DNA of 64,000 nucleotides from Hemiscyllium ocellatum (Eukaryota), in contig NC_083432.1 in assembly GCF_020745735.1 (NCBI RefSeq), positions 1,364,001-1,428,000 of the forward strand, read 5' to 3'. The notes beneath the pieces are model-generated. The model was not told where the DNA came from. It did no database searches and saw only the letters and a program-made list of their open reading frames with translations. Shown in pieces: positions 1 through 13,970 of this stretch. The number at the start of each line of letters is the position of its first letter. The first letter of the stretch is position 1. The position numbers and the translations under genes are program-made.

Positions 1-1910
1 AAAAGAAGTTGAAGCTCTTGTCAAGAGAAAAAAGAAGGTTTATGTATAGATGAGGCATGAAAGCTCAGATAAGGGACTTGAGAGTTATACATTAGCCAGA
101 AAAGATCTAAAGAGAGGGATAAGAAGAGCCAGGAGAGGACATGAGAAGTTGTTGGCAGATAGGATCAAGGAAAACCCTCAGGCCTTCTCTATGTATATCA
201 GGAATAAAAGAATGACTAGAATAAGATTAGGGCAAATCAAATAATGGAAAGTTGTGTGTGAAATCTGGGGACATAGGGGAAGAGCTTAATGAATACTTTT
301 CATCAGTATCCATATTGGAAAAGGGAAATGTTTGTAAGAACATGAAGATACAGGCTACAAGATTAGATGGGATTGAAGTTGACAAAGAGGAGGTTTTTGC
401 AATTTTGGAAGATCTGAAAATAGATAAGAGCATTTGGAAGGGAAGGGATTTATCATCGGATTCTCTGGGAAGCCAGGAGCCTTTGGCTACGATCTTTATG
501 TCATCATTGTCAACAGGAGTAGTGCCAGAAGAGTGGAGGATAACAAATGTTGTTCCCTTGTTTAAGAAGGGGAGTCGGGACAACCCTGCTAATAATAGGC
601 CAGTGAGCCTTATTTGGATATAGATAAGGTGTTGGAAAAGGTTATGTGCTTTTTGATTTAAAGTCATCTGGAAAGGAATAATTTGATTAGGGATAGTTAA
701 CACGGTTTGTGAAGGGTATGTTGTGCCTCACTAACCATATTGAGTTCTTCAAGAAGGTTAAAAAACAGGTGGATGAAGGGAAAGCAATTGATGTGGTGTA
801 TATGGACTTCAGTAAGGTGTTTGAGATGGTTTCACATGGTAGGCTATTGCACAAAATACAGAGTTGCGGGATTGCAGATGATTTAGCGGTTTGGATCAGA
901 AATTGGCAAGCCGAAAGAAGACAGAGGGTGGTGGTTAATGGAAAATGTTCATCATGGAGCTCAATTACCAGTGATGTGCCACAAGGATCTGTTTTGGGGC
1001 CACTGCTGTTTGTCATTTTTATAAATGATCTGGAGGTGGGCATAGAAGGATGGGTTAGTAAATTTGCAGATGGCACTAGGGTAAGCAGAGTTCTGGATAG
1101 TGCCGAAGGATGTTGTGGGTTACAGAGGGTCATAGATACGATGCAGTGCTGGCTGAGAAGTGGCAAATGGAGTTTAATGCAGAAAATTGTGAGGTAGTTC
1201 ACTTCAGAAGAAATAAAAGGGATGCAGTGTACTGGGCTCATGGTAAAGTTCTTGACACTGTAGATGAACAGAGAGATCTCAGAGTCCAGGTGCATAAATT
1301 CCTGAAAACTGTCACACAGGTTGATAGGTCTGTTAAGAAGGCATATGGTGATGGTGTTTATTGGTAAGGGGAATTGAGTTTCGGAGCCACAAGGCCATGC
1401 TTCACTTGTATAGACACCGGTGCAGCCGCACGTGGAGTATTACATGCTGTTCTGCTCACTGTATTATCAGAAGGACGTGGAAGCTTTGGAAAAGGTTCAG
1501 GAGATTTACTAGGATGTTGCCTGGTCTGGAAGGGAGGTCTTGCAAGGAAAGGCTGAGGGAACTGGGGCTGTTTTTGTTGGAGAGAAGAAGGTTGAGAGGT
1601 GACTTAATCAAGACGTATAAGATAATCAGATGGTTAGATGCTGAAGGCTAACATGAGGGGATATAGCTTTAAATTTAGGACAGACATCAGAGGTAGTTTC
1701 TTTACTCAGAGAGTAGTAAGGGCGTGGAACCGTCAGCCTGCAACAGTAGCAGACTTGCTGACATTAAGGGCAATTAATGGGCATTGGACATACATAGGGA
1801 TAATAATGAAACAGTGCAGGTTAGATGGGCATCAGATTATTTTCACAGGTTGGCGCAACATCGAGGCCAAAGGCCTGGACTGCACTGTAACATTCTATGT
1901 TCTATGTTCA
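1..1910 (+). mobile_element. CR1-type LINE, 5'-truncated, frameshifted ORF2 (RT) with (TTCTATG)n 3' tail
   Basis: Translated pieces KKGSRDNPANNRPVSL, DVVYMDFSKVF, VPQGSVLGPLLFVIFINDL, KFADGT, ERRRLRGDLIKTYKI, FFTQRVVRAWN; ends TTCTATGTTCTATGTTC at ~1895-1910. Confidence 0.92.
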
Positions 1911-1919
1911 TAGTTCTTT

Positions 1920-2630
1920 GAAAGAGTAGTCCCAGATAGATTGGATAGTAAAGAATGTGATTAGCAATGCTTGCCTTTATTAGTCAGTGCATTGAAAATA
2001 GGCATTGGGACATCATGCTCTGGCTCTACATAACATTGGCTGGGTCACGTTTGGACTACTGTTTGCAGTTTTGGCCCCCCTGCAATAAGCAGGACATTCT
2101 GAAAGTTGAAAGATTTCAGAAAAGATTTACAAGGATGCTGTCAGGATTGGAGGGTTTGAGTTATAGGGAGGGTTTGAGTTATAGGGAGGGTTTGAGTTAC
2201 ATGATGCTAAGGCTGGGGCTATTTTCTCTGGAGCATCAGAGGTTGAGGGGTGTCCTTGTAGTGGTTTATAAAACCCTAAGTGACACGGATTAGACAAATT
2301 GACACAGTCTTTTACTCGGGGATGGGAGACCAAAACTAAAGGGTACAGGTTTTCGGTGAGAGGAGAAAATTTAAAAGGGACCCAAGTGTTAACTTCTTCA
2401 CACAGAGGGTGGTGCATGCATGGAATAAACGGCCAGAGGAAGTGGTGGAGGCTGATACAATTACAGCATTTAAAAGATATCTGGATGGGTATATTACTAG
2501 GAAAGGTTTAGAGGGACACGGGTCAAATGTTGGCAAACGTGATTAGATCTATTTAGTATACCTGGTCAGTATGGGTGAGTTGGACCAAGGGATCTGTTTC
2601 CATGCTGTATATCTCCATGACTCTATGACT
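1920..2630 (+). mobile_element. CR1 LINE 3' fragment
   Basis: MLAFISQCIE..., RLDYCLQFWPP, ERFQKRFTRMLSGLEGLSYRE, LFSLEHQRLRG; CR1-type 3' end. Confidence 0.88.
2150..2200 (+). repeat. 18-bp tandem repeat (GAGGGTTTGAGTTATAGG) x ~2.8 inside CR1 fragment
   Basis: Directly visible; gives EGLSYR x3 in translation. Confidence 0.9.
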
Positions 2631-3249
2631 GGGGGTATAGGTGCACATGAGGCTTTGAAGAAGGTGACAATATTTGACAGAACGTCAGGTCAAAAATGAG
2701 CACAGAACATATCTAACTCTTCAGAGAAGGATGCATCGCTGCCAGAGATTGTAGTTGGTTATACCATGCAAGCTTTGCCACAGTCAAAGATTGTTTGTGT
2801 TGTTAACCTGTCCCTCAGGATGAGTCTGGTATTGTCTCTTGGAGTTTTTGATGGCTTTGCAAAGATATGGGTGTCCTATATCAGTCAAAGTCACGCAGTT
2901 TGGACACCTCAGAGCTTGACTTCTATTGGGAGTGTACCTCCATTTTTCCAGTCGAGGAATACTGAGACTAACCTGTTTGGCATACAATTCTCTACACACT
3001 TCTGATGAACTTTGTGATGATAGGGGTACGTACATTTTTTGCTGTTGAGTTATTGAATATGGTCCAATCCACAAACTGCAAGTCGTCACATGGGGCCTCA
3101 TCTGTTACATCAGACCAACACCGTACAACTTACTGTACTGGATCTTCACGCTTCTGTTTCTGCTGGGCGAAGGAGCATTGTCTTGTGGTTTGATTTACCA
3201 ATATGCATGTGGGGTAGGATCTCTCCCTAACGCAAAAACTCAGAATCAA

Positions 3250-5170
3250 TCATGTTGGGTGTATTTATTAGATTTTTGGAGGCCATTACTGAATATCACA
3301 GCTTGGAGGGTTGTAGAAGGATGACTCAATTCTTTTTTTATGAGATACAGTTCACCCACAGAACTACAGTCAGATCAAGGGTTAAATTGTACATCAAAAT
3401 TATTCAATGAAGTTATGGATGGCTTCGCAATAAAAGAATTAAAGTCCACTGTGTACCATCCAGAATCTCAGCAAGCTTTAGAATAGAGGCATCAAAGTTT
3501 AAAGCCCCTTTACAGCTGTGATTATTCAGAGGACTGGGATAAAGGGATTCCATTTACACTTTTTGCATTAAGGATGCCACTTAATGGTTCAGGATGAATT
3601 AGGTATCAGACATGAGGGGAAGGACCACTGAAATGATTTGGCAGGTCATACTATAGTTGTAAAGACTTAGTTTGACCACATTTGGAATACTGCGTATAGT
3701 TCTGGTCGCCACATTATCAAAAGGTTGTGGGGGCTTTGGAGAGGGTGCAAAGGAGGTTCACCAGAAACATGGTGATGGAGGGTGCTAGCTACAAAGAAAG
3801 GTTGAGTAGATTAGGATTGTTTTCATGAAAAAGACAGAAGTTAAGGGGGAACCTGATTAAGATTTACAAAATCATGAGTGGTGTAGACAGGATGGATAGC
3901 AAGAAGTTTTTTCCAGTGTGGGGGATTCAATTTCTAGGGGCCACGAATTTGAGGTGAGATAGGAAAAGTTTAAGGGAAACATGCGTGGAAAGTTCTTCAC
4001 GCAGAGGGTGGTGGGTGCCTGGAACGTGTGGCCAGCGGAATTAGTAGAGATAAATCCAATCGCGTCATTTCAGATGTACCTAGACAGATACATGAATGGG
4101 CCGGGAGCAGAGTAATATAAAGCAGGTAACAGGTTTAGATCGAGGATCTGGATCAGCACAGGCTTGAAGGGCCGAAGGGCTCTTTCCTATGCTGTAATTT
4201 TCTTTGTTCTTTGTACTTTTTTCAAAGTTCACAGAGCAAATATTTAGACTAAGTGTGAAGTTTTAGAGAATCATTCGAGTTGGTGAGCTGGCTAGAAACC
4301 ATTTGAAAGTAGCACAGCATGTGATGAAACAGGAAGCAGACAAGAAATCAAAAATCCTTGACTTCATTCGAGGAGATAAAGTGTTCGCATTACTGCCAAA
4401 GGTAGGTCAACCTTTAAAAGCGATGTTAGTGGAATTTATGAAATTGAAAGGAAATTGACTGAGGTGATTTTTTTGATATGTTGGACAGATGAAAGGAAGA
4501 CTTAAAAAATATGTCACGTGAATGTGCTCAAATGGTATTTGACGTGGATGGAGAGTAAAAGGACAAAGTGGCACTTGTTACAACTCTGAGTGAAGGACTA
4601 CCTCCAGATAAATTTGAATTTAATGTTGCCGAAATTAGATTGGATAATAAGATGTTCTCAAAATTTTTGAATAACAGAAGAAAATCGAAATGACCAGAAA
4701 AAGTTATTACAATCACATGGTAAGCCATGTGGGAATACACTGGGAAGCACTAATGTGATTATGCTTGACGTAGTTATGGAAAATTCTACTCCAGTTAATC
4801 AGCATCCTTATAGACTTAACCTTCTAAAGCTGGCACAGTTTCAAATGTGATTGAAACCATCCTGAAAGATAACATAATTGAAGTGACCTCACCCATAGTA
4901 ATGGTGCCAAAACATGATGGTACCAAAATGAATGTGTGTTTATTACTGCAAAGGCAATGTTGTTACGACATCAGATTTGTATCGAATCTCATGGCTGGCA
5001 GATTGTATTGAAAAGGTGGGACAGGCAAGTTATGTTTTGAAGCTGGAGTTAATCAGAGGATATAGGCAGATGTCTTTCTCCGAGACGGTGAAGGAAATCT
5101 TGGTTTTCATGTCAGCAAACTGATTTAACAAGTTACATTTATGCTGTTTGATATGAAATTAGATGACTGT
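3250..5170 (+). mobile_element. Degraded Gypsy (Gmr1-like) pol fragment, integrase then RT, interrupted by a CR1 insertion
   Basis: Integrase-like KSTVYHPESQQALE and EDWDKGIPFTLFALRDA (~3440-3580), integrase C-terminus GDKVFALLP (~4370), then RT start HPYRL, SPIVMVPKHDG (~4800-4990): integrase lies upstream of RT. Confidence 0.72.
3580..4215 (+). mobile_element. CR1 LINE 3' fragment nested in Gypsy remnant
   Basis: HLEYCV.FWSPHYQK, KFFTQRVVGAWN-type sequence, tail TTTCTTTGTTCTTTG. Confidence 0.85.
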
Positions 5171-5679
5171 CACATTCATGAATTGTTGCAATCCACATCA
5201 TGTAGATACACCACACATACAGCAGGAAAGACTGGTAGCATTAGTCACTCTCTTAACACATGCTCAGGGACTCGAGGAAGCCATCATGCCCCCTTCCCAA
5301 CCAAGTTATTGAAAAGTAATGGCAACTAACCTTTGGTTGAAGCACTTAGGATTTTCCCCTAATCTAAGAAATATTGAAGATAGAAACAGGTGAGAGCCAT
5401 TTAAATCCTTGAGGATACTCCATCATTCATTATGATCACAGCTGATCATTGAGCTCAATGTCCTATTCCCACAGTGCCACCAGTGCCCCTTTAGCTACAA
5501 TAGCTTTATCAACTTCCCTCTTGAAAACCCACGATATTTTGCCATGTGTCCCTTTCTGTGGTAGTGAATTCCATCGGGTCTATCATCTCTGGGTGACAGC
5601 ATTTCTCATGATGTCCATCAACAGGTCCAGCAAGAGACAGATGATTCAGCTACCTTGTCTATGCTGACCAATAAACACC

Positions 5680-7610
5680 AAACTACACTAATATTTAGAA
5701 GCATTTGGTCTGTCGACCTCTATACCCTGGCATTTTAAGTACTCATCCAGATGCTACTTAAATATTCCATGAGTAACAGCCTACCCTAGCCTTCCAAGCA
5801 CCATTTTCAACATTTCTGCCACTCTCTGGATGAAAGAATAGTCATCAGATGTCCTTCTATATGACTTTCAGCTCACCTTAAAGCCATGATCTATGTCTTA
5901 GACATATCCACCATGGGGAAAATATTCCCATGATATTCGGCTTCTCATAATTCATATACATCAATCATATCCCGCCTCAGCTCCCAGTGCTGTGATGAAG
6001 ACAAATTCACTCGATCCAGTCTTTCTTCATGGCTTCTTCTTTCCATCCCAGACACCATCCCAGTGATTCCTCTCTGCACCTTTACCAGGGTAATTATGTC
6101 TTTCGTCAGAGTGGTGATCAGAACTAGATGCAGTATTCCATCTTTGAACCAATGTCTTATAGAGTTGTAAAGATACATATTTGCTTGTCTTTTCCAAACA
6201 TTAAAAATATCAAACATTCAGTAAGCTTTCTTCACTACCTTTTCTGCCTGCACTAATATATTCAGGGATTTATGAACTTGAAGATCCAGCTTCCTCTGTC
6301 CCTCGGTCCTGCCTTGGGAACAACTATTCACCGTGTGGATCTACCCTGTTTCAATATCGCTAAATGCATAACCTCAGCCTAACCATGAATAAATTCCATC
6401 TGCCATCACTCTGTTAAATTTTCCAGCTGATTAATATTAGACTTCAGCTCTGATGAAAAATCAGCTGGACTCAAAATGTTAGCTTGTCCACTCTCTATAG
6501 ATGCTGCCTGACCCACTGTAATCTCTAACATTTGTTGTTTTCAGGACAGATTCCAGCATGTGCATTAATTTGTACCTAATATCAAACTGTATCCAAGACC
6601 ATTTGTCCTCACTATTAACATCAACATCAAACTATACAAGTCCACTCACCCTATTCATGCTTCTCATGATCTCATACAATTCTATAAGATTCCCCCTCAG
6701 TCTCCCACACTTTAAAGAAAAGAGTTCTAGCTTGTCCAACCTTTGCCTATAACTCAGATCATTGAGACCTGGCAAAATCCTTTTAAATTTCTTTTGCACT
6801 TTTTCCAGTTTAATAACATTCTTCCTACAGCGAGGTTACCAAAACTGAACACGATACTCCAACTGCGGCCTCACCAATGTCCTGTACAACGCAACATAAC
6901 TTCCCAAATTGTATAATCAATGCCTTGGCTGATGAATGTCACGGTGCCAAAAGTCTCCTTCACGGCCCTGTCTACCCGTGAGTCCACTCTCTGAGAACAG
7001 TACACCTGAGCTCGAAGGACCTCTCTTCCACTACATTCCTTAAGGCCCTACCATTCACCATGAAACCCCTACCTTGACTTGGCTTTCCATAATGTAAGAC
7101 CTCAGACTTACTTGTGTTAAATTTCATTTGCCATTTCTCAGCCCACTTCCACAGCTGATCAAGATCCTGTTGCAATTTCTGAAAACCTTCCTCACTGTCC
7201 ACGATATCACCTATTTTAGTGTCATCTGCAAATTTACTAACCATGCCATGGACATTCTTATCGAAATCATTGATATGGATAACAAACAGCATTGGGCCCA
7301 GCACTGATCACTGAGGCACTCCACTACTCACAGGCCTCCTGACAGACAAACATCCTTCCACTATTACCCTTTGTTTCCTACCATCAAGTCAATTGTGTAT
7401 CCAATTTGTCAGGTCCTCCTGGATTCCATGTGATCTAACCTTCCAGAGCAGCCTATCACATGAAGCCTTATCAAAGGTCTTACTGAAATCCATATGGATT
7501 ACGTTTACTGCCCTGCCCTCATCAGCTTCTTCGTTAATATAGCCCCAGACAATGACTTGGGCTTTAACAAATTCACTCACAACCAGGTTAATCAACAATC
7601 ATGGTGCCTG
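5680..7610 (-). mobile_element. Several degraded CR1 LINE fragments
   Basis: ORFs 6972-7304 (LGPMLFVIHINDFD, KFADDTKIG), 7389-7598 (MDFSKTFDK), 5945-6217. Confidence 0.85.
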
Positions 7611-7619
7611 AAATCAATT

Positions 7620-10600
7620 GTACAACTCTTCTTGATGCTGTAAATGCTCCTTCCATCTGTGAGTAAAAATCACCACATCATCAATGTAGACCACAGAATT
7701 GCAAATCCAGAAATGATTTCATTTGTTAACTTTGAAATATGTCTGGTGCATTTTTCATACTAAAAGGCATGACTTTTAAGTCATTTAGGCGATTCAGTGG
7801 CACAAAAGCTGAAATTGTCTTCAGTCTTTCAGGTAAAGGTACCTGCCAGTAACTTCTGAGTAAGTGCAAATGAGAAATTTAAGTTGCTCACACTTTCTCA
7901 ATACAGTCATACAGAGTGGAGTAGGATATGAATCAGACTTTATAACTACATTGACGTTGTGATAGTCCCAACATTATCGTTGGGTACCATCTGGTTTTGT
8001 CACCATTGCATTGGGTGAGTTTTAGTTATTGCAACTTACTTCGATTATTATCACCTGATGAAGGAGCGACGCTCTGAAAGCTAGTGTGCTTCCAATTAAA
8101 ACCTGTTGAACTATAACCTGGGTACTGTGTGATTTTTAACTTTGTACACCCCAGTCCAACACTGGCATCTCCAAATCATGACTACTTCGAAGATGTTAAC
8201 TTTGAGTCTGCACCCAAATTGTTTTTGAACTTGTGTCCACTTTATCGGGTTATGTCTATAAAGATTATTGCAATTAATGCTTACTTGGAACAGCAATTCC
8301 ACTCTATATATCATGTATGAGTACTTTAGCACTTCACAGCTTATTCCCAGATACCTCCCTCTGTGATTGTAATGCCTCTTGCATGTCATTGTGATTTTGT
8401 TCTGGAAGGGAAGGCAGCAATGTATCCAAATGGTTGAGAACGTCTTCATTATCCAAATTCATTTGAGGAAAGTCCAATTCAGAATCCTCTGAACTTGACT
8501 CTCACTCTGTGCGGTAACTGGTAACACACTCTTGTTTTGCTTTCCTTCCCTATAAAAATACTGTTTGAGAACATTTGTATGACACCCTCTCTGAGATTTC
8601 TTTCTGTCTGATGTTCTTATCAAATAATTTACCTCACTCAATCTCCTTTCATAGGGTCCTCTGAAGCTTGTTTTAGAGGACCTTATGAACTAATACTAAC
8701 ATTTTGGCTCCACTAACAAAATTATGAAGGCTTCATTCCTTGCCTGCTTTCTGTTTCATCACATGCTGTACTGCTTTTAAACACTAACTAGCAAAGTAAC
8801 CAGCTCTATTTGATCTTTCCCTAAAATTTAACTTTGTCCAAATATGTAATCTCCAACGTTTGACTCAACAATTTGTCCTTAATTAATTTCAGTGGTCCTC
8901 TCACTTCATGCCCCAAAATGAATTCAAATGGACTGTATTTTGTATATTCACATGGTGCATCCATAACCGCAAAATATAGAAACAAATTTCCTTTGTACCA
9001 ATCTGCCGGATAGTCTTGCCTATAATCCCTCAATATAATCCCTTCAAGTTTGATGACATCCTTCTAATCCTCCCTGCTATTCTGGATAATATGAAGCAGA
9101 TTTGAATTGGTTTATTTCTAAGCTATTCATAACGTCCTTGAATAATTTTGATTTAAACTTTGACTCTTCATCTAATTGTATCTCAGTGAGTAGTCCTTAT
9201 TCCTGCCCATGCCCCAGCGAAACAGTTGAGGAGCTCCTCTACAGTCCTTTTTGCTGGGATATTTCATGATGGAATAGCCTCTGGAAATCTTATGTGCACA
9301 TACAACATTGTCAGCAAATACTGCTTACTACTTTTTTGGGTTTACATAACAGTTCTGCACTATCAGTAACAAGTGTTGTAAAAGGTTCCTCAAATGTGGG
9401 AATAGGTATTAATGGTCCTAGTTTTGTCACTGTCTGACATTTTCCATGTATGGTATGTCTAGCAAAGTTCAACTGCATCCTCATGCAGTCCAGGCCATTA
9501 AAAATGTTTTTGAATTTTGGCTTGAAGTTTCCCTGCTCCCAAATGACTAGTAATTCATGTGCTGCTCGCAAAATCTCCTTTTTATAATCTACTGGTAACT
9601 CAAGCTGAACAATGTCCGTTTTCCCATTTGCCTGAATATGTGCTGGCCTCCATTTTCTCATCAAGACATCATTTTTAGATAGTAGTATTCTGGGACACAC
9701 TCAAACTCTGCTCCTCTGTACGCTTTTTCATACAACTAGTTCAGATTTGCATCATTCTTTTGGAAGACAGTTAATTTCACTGAACTAAAAACGATCCACT
9801 TTGCCCTCCACCTGTTTTTGTTTCTTTTCTCAGTCGTTTGATCAAACATGATTCTTGATACTTCAAATTCCTCATCTTTATTTTTTGGTTTCTCCCTCTG
9901 CTTCTAGGTGTGGCTTTGAGACCTTATTATCACACAGTCAGAAACAGTCTCAGGAGATATAGCATGTCATAGCTCAGTTACCTGACTTGCCACCTGATTT
10001 TAAACTGCAGGAGGCAGCACTCTGAAGAGTAATCCAACCAAGAAAAAATTGGATCACTGGATCGAGAGTTTCTTCAATAATCCTACCTTCTCTTTTCCAC
10101 TTTTCACGACACTCCGAGCTCACTTTACATAACAGAACACTTCTCATCATGATTTCCACATATTGCCAACTGTTTTTTTTTCTGACAATAGTTATTATGA
10201 TTAAAACATCTCCTCATCTTTCACTATTAAAGATTGACACATTCCTATATTTCTTAAAATCGTAATTTCTTCACCTGCTCCTCCTGGTATATATGAGTAA
10301 ACCTTACCCTCAAAAGTGAATGGTTTAAGAAGATCTGGCACTTTCTTCTCAACCAGCCCTTGACCCAGTTGTACATTCTGGTGCAGTTTTATTCTCGCTT
10401 TCATTGTGCTTTCCTTTACCACTTCAACAAAATTCACTGGTTTATCCTGTTTTCCCACTTCTGTCTTCCCAATGCTGTTTTTCCTAAATAAAGAAAAGTG
10501 CAAATTCATGTGGCCAACGTTATTGCAGTGAAAACATCTGAGCTTTGTTTGCCTCTCTTCCTCTCTCATGGTTTTTCTTGTTACACTCTGGTAAACTATC

Positions 10601-10890
10601 TTTATTATGTTCAATGAGATCTCCCTTTCTGTTAACACCTGAGAATTTCACTTTTCCAAAATTTCTATCTCTCACCGAATGAAATTGATGTCCGATCCAA
10701 ACTTTGATTTATGCGCCAGCTGTTAATCATCAACCCATATTATCTGCTAATCTTGCAGTTTGAAGTCTTTATTCTTCCACATGAGTTCTCAATACGTCAG
10801 GAAGTGAATTTCTGAACTCATCTGAAATAATTGTCTCTCAAAGAGCATCATATGTGCTTTTTGCAAGGTTTGTGAAGGTTTGTAGCTCAG
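7620..10890 (-). mobile_element. Degraded Gmr1-like Gypsy LTR retrotransposon internal region (gag - zinc knuckle - protease - integrase - RT)
   Basis: gag EFRNSLPDVLRTHVEE (~10800), CCHC-like CFHCNNVGH and protease-like ILRNIG (ORF 10201-10638), integrase PIPTFEEPFT, YSPFEFILGHEVRGPL, EVNYLIRT (9700-8460), RT-like MVTKPDGTQR (~8000). Confidence 0.8.
8050..8180 (+). mobile_element. Short Penelope-derived repeat with minimal hammerhead motif
   Basis: CAC-CTGATGA-AGGAGC gac GCTCT-GAAAG-CTA-GTG at 8052-8086; same family recurs at 54205-54385. Confidence 0.6.
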
Positions 10891-10899
10891 GTTGAGGTT

Positions 10900-11090
10900 T
10901 AGGGTGTAGGTTTGCTCGCTGAGCTGTAGGTTTGATATCCAGACGTTTCATTACCTGGCTCGGTAACATCATCAGTGGGGACCTCCAAGTGAAGCGAAGC
11001 TGTTGTCTCCTGCTTTCTATTTATATCTTTCTCCTGGATGGGGTTCCTGGGGTTTGTGGTGATGTCATTTCCTGTTCGTTTTTTGAGGGT
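10900..11090 (-). mobile_element. Penelope-like 3' fragment with minimal hammerhead motif
   Basis: Minus strand reads CCA-CTGATGA-TGTTACC gagcca GGTAAT-GAAAC-GTC-TGG (10939-10978). Confidence 0.65.
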
Positions 11091-11626
11091 TTTTTTGTGG
11101 ATTTCTAAAATGTTTTTCAGCTTTCCAAAAAGATAACTGGGTGGGATAGAGTGAAGAGCAATGCACAAAGCATCCCAACTGTGTTCTGCTTGTTACATTA
11201 TCCAGAGGGTTCTTTCCTGTGCAGTAGTTTTCATAAATTATCAGAGGCTTTTTTTTTTAAACGTCACTGCAACTCAGTTGTGATTGATTGGGCCTGAAAA
11301 TCCCGTCTCTTCCAAGTTGATTATTTTCTAATACAATACAGCAAAAAAAATTGCTTTTGCATTTGTGTACAAGCAGTTCCTTTTTTCTTTGGCCTTTCAG
11401 GTATTGACTTTCTTGATTCTAAAAAATACACACATCAACTCCAGAAAGCAAATTAAATGAGTAAGTAAATCGGGTACGAACAGAAAAGAAATCACTGTCC
11501 ATGTACAGATAATAATCTTATAATTTCCAAGCCCCAAGTCCAGTCCAACACTCAAACTTATTGGATGTATGTTCTTCATCTAAAAGCACAGATTAATTCT
11601 GTCTTTAACTCTGTGTTTCCAAAGTA

Positions 11627-12381
11627 TGGAATCAATTTAGGTAAAGGGGCAGTACAGAGAGATCTGGGTGTTCTTGTACACCAGACAATGAAGGTAAGCA
11701 TGCAGGTACAGCAGGTAGTGAAGAAGGCTAATAGCATGCTGGCCTTCATAACAAGAGGAATTGAATATAGAAGCAAAGAGGTGCTTCTGCAGCTGTACAG
11801 GGCCCTGGTGAGACCGCACCTGGAGTACTGTGTGCAGTTCTGGTCTGCAAATTTGAGGAAAGACATTCTGGCTATTGATGGAGTGCAGCGTAGGTTCACG
11901 AGGTCAATTCCTGGAATGGCGGGATTACCTTACACTGAAAGACTGAAGCGACTGGGCTTGTATACCCTTGAGTTTAGAAGACTGAGAGGGGATCTGATTG
12001 CGACATATAAGATTATGAAAGGATTGGACACTCTGGCAGCAGCAAACATGTTTCCGCTGATGGGTGAGTGCCGAACCAGAGGACACAGCTTAAAAATACC
12101 GTGTAGACCATTTAGGACAGAGATGAGGAGAAACTTCTTCACCCAGAGAGTGGTGGCTGTGTGGAATGCTCTGCCCCAGAGGGCAGTGGAGGCCCAGTCT
12201 CTGCATTCATTTAAGAAAAAGTTGGATAGAGCTCTCAAAGATAGTGGAATCAAGGGTTATGGGGATAAGGCAGGAAGAGGATACTAATTAGGAATGATCA
12301 GCCATGATCATATTGAATGGTGGTGCAGGTTCGAAGGGCTGAATGGCCTACTCCTGCACCTATTGTCTATTGTCTATTGTA
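11627..12381 (+). mobile_element. Young 5'-truncated CR1 LINE (open ORF2 C-terminus to natural stop, (CTATTGT)n tail)
   Basis: ORF 11565-12287: QRDLGVLVH, RPHLEYCVQFWS, FRRLRGDLIATYKI, RNFFTQRVVAVWNALP, YGDKAGRGY*; no internal stops. Confidence 0.95.
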
Positions 12382-12998
12382 TTAGCTGATGTTATTCAGA
12401 GCAGTAAAACAAGCTAAGCAATGTTGGTACGGCCCAAAACTTTAACTGGAATTTCTGCTAATCCCCCAACAATGCTGCAGAATTGCATTTGTGCAGTGCT
12501 TTCTACAGTAAACTTTGAAAGCACTTAGTTATCACGTTTCAAAACTGAAAAGTCTGTTTAGAAGAACTTTTGGATTTCATGCATTCAGGAAGCAGCCATC
12601 CAAGTTAGATTACATGAAAAGCATACAACAGCACCATGGAGTGGGAGGAATCCCAAAGTCAGGACACCAGGAACAAGTCACATGCTAAGTATATATGACT
12701 GCAGTAGATAGTGGTTTAATTCCTTTTCAGGCATTCACAGGAGGTTTTCAGGATAGCACGCAGTGAAGGGGCATGAAGAGAGAAACTATTTCTTTAATAA
12801 TGCATCATCGTTGCAGAGTCGACAAATGACAATCCGAGAAGAACAACTTCAAAAACCTGATCCCTGTACTGTAACACAAACAGTTCAAAGGAAGAGTTTT
12901 GGCTGAATTGCATTGAGAAGTCTAAACAAGCCAATCTCTCACAATAATGAAATAGTCCAGTCAGTGGAGATCAAGTCCAGCAGCTTCTTGAACGTGAG

Positions 12999-13970
12999 TG
13001 TTACGGTTTGGAGTGCTGTTTGCCATCCTACTTAAGAGGATGTCTTCATGAGAAAGCCTCTCCATTATTTTACAGGATGCTCGGCTCTCCAGCAACTCTT
13101 CTTATATTGTTAAATTTCAAATCAAAAATACAATTTAGCCAGATGTCAGATCAAACTGACATTTTTATCATTGTTGTCTTGTGGAAGCTCAGCTTTGAGC
13201 TCCTGGGCTTCTTGTGAACACCTGTCCAAGAACAGAGAACCACCACTTGATTAACACATTTCAACAGCACTGTTTTTATTCAAGACTGTCAGTATACGAA
13301 TATACAAACAAGGCTTGGGAGAAAAGCCACCTTAGACCACGCCGGGTACTAAAGAATGGATTCTCTCCCCGTTGATAGGGAAAGTTGTTACATTTATACA
13401 TAACTTCGTACGCAATACAGAGTCCCGTATCATTAAGCTATCGCACAGTGTAAAATTAAACAAAGCATACTTTATTGGAAGCTTACACATCAAAAGTGCT
13501 CTAAATCTAACACACACACAGATACCAACAGCCATCTGGTTAAGCTCTTAACATAGCCCTCATTATTCTTACTCTGCTTTTCAAGGTAACATTCAGATAT
13601 CAAAAATTGCTCTAAACTACACATGTATTCATTAGTACAGCTCTAAAACAATGAGGCTCCAGTATTCCTCTGATGGTTGCCCGTTGATCTAGTGCTATGT
13701 ACTATCTCATCCTCGGACCTGTGGGGAGGATTGTTTACCGCTAGGCTGGCTTCTTACAAATTGCTATGTTAGCAATTAGTTTCGCTTAGCCTGTCGCTTA
13801 GGATGTCGGGAAATACAACCAATATGCCAGGGCCATTTTAGTTAACATTTCTGAGCTCCATTTTCTATATGGTCACTATATCTATTTCCAACTTATCAGT
13901 CTTTCTGTAGGACCGATACTACAGCTTCCTTGTTTGATCATTTAAAATGTTCGCTTCTGCAATCGATCAC
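12999..13970 (-). mobile_element. Putative LTR-like insertion
   Basis: Begins TGTTACGG (minus-strand end CCGTAACA, typical LTR terminus); minus-strand AATAAA near 13275; right boundary and TSD not established. Confidence 0.35.
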
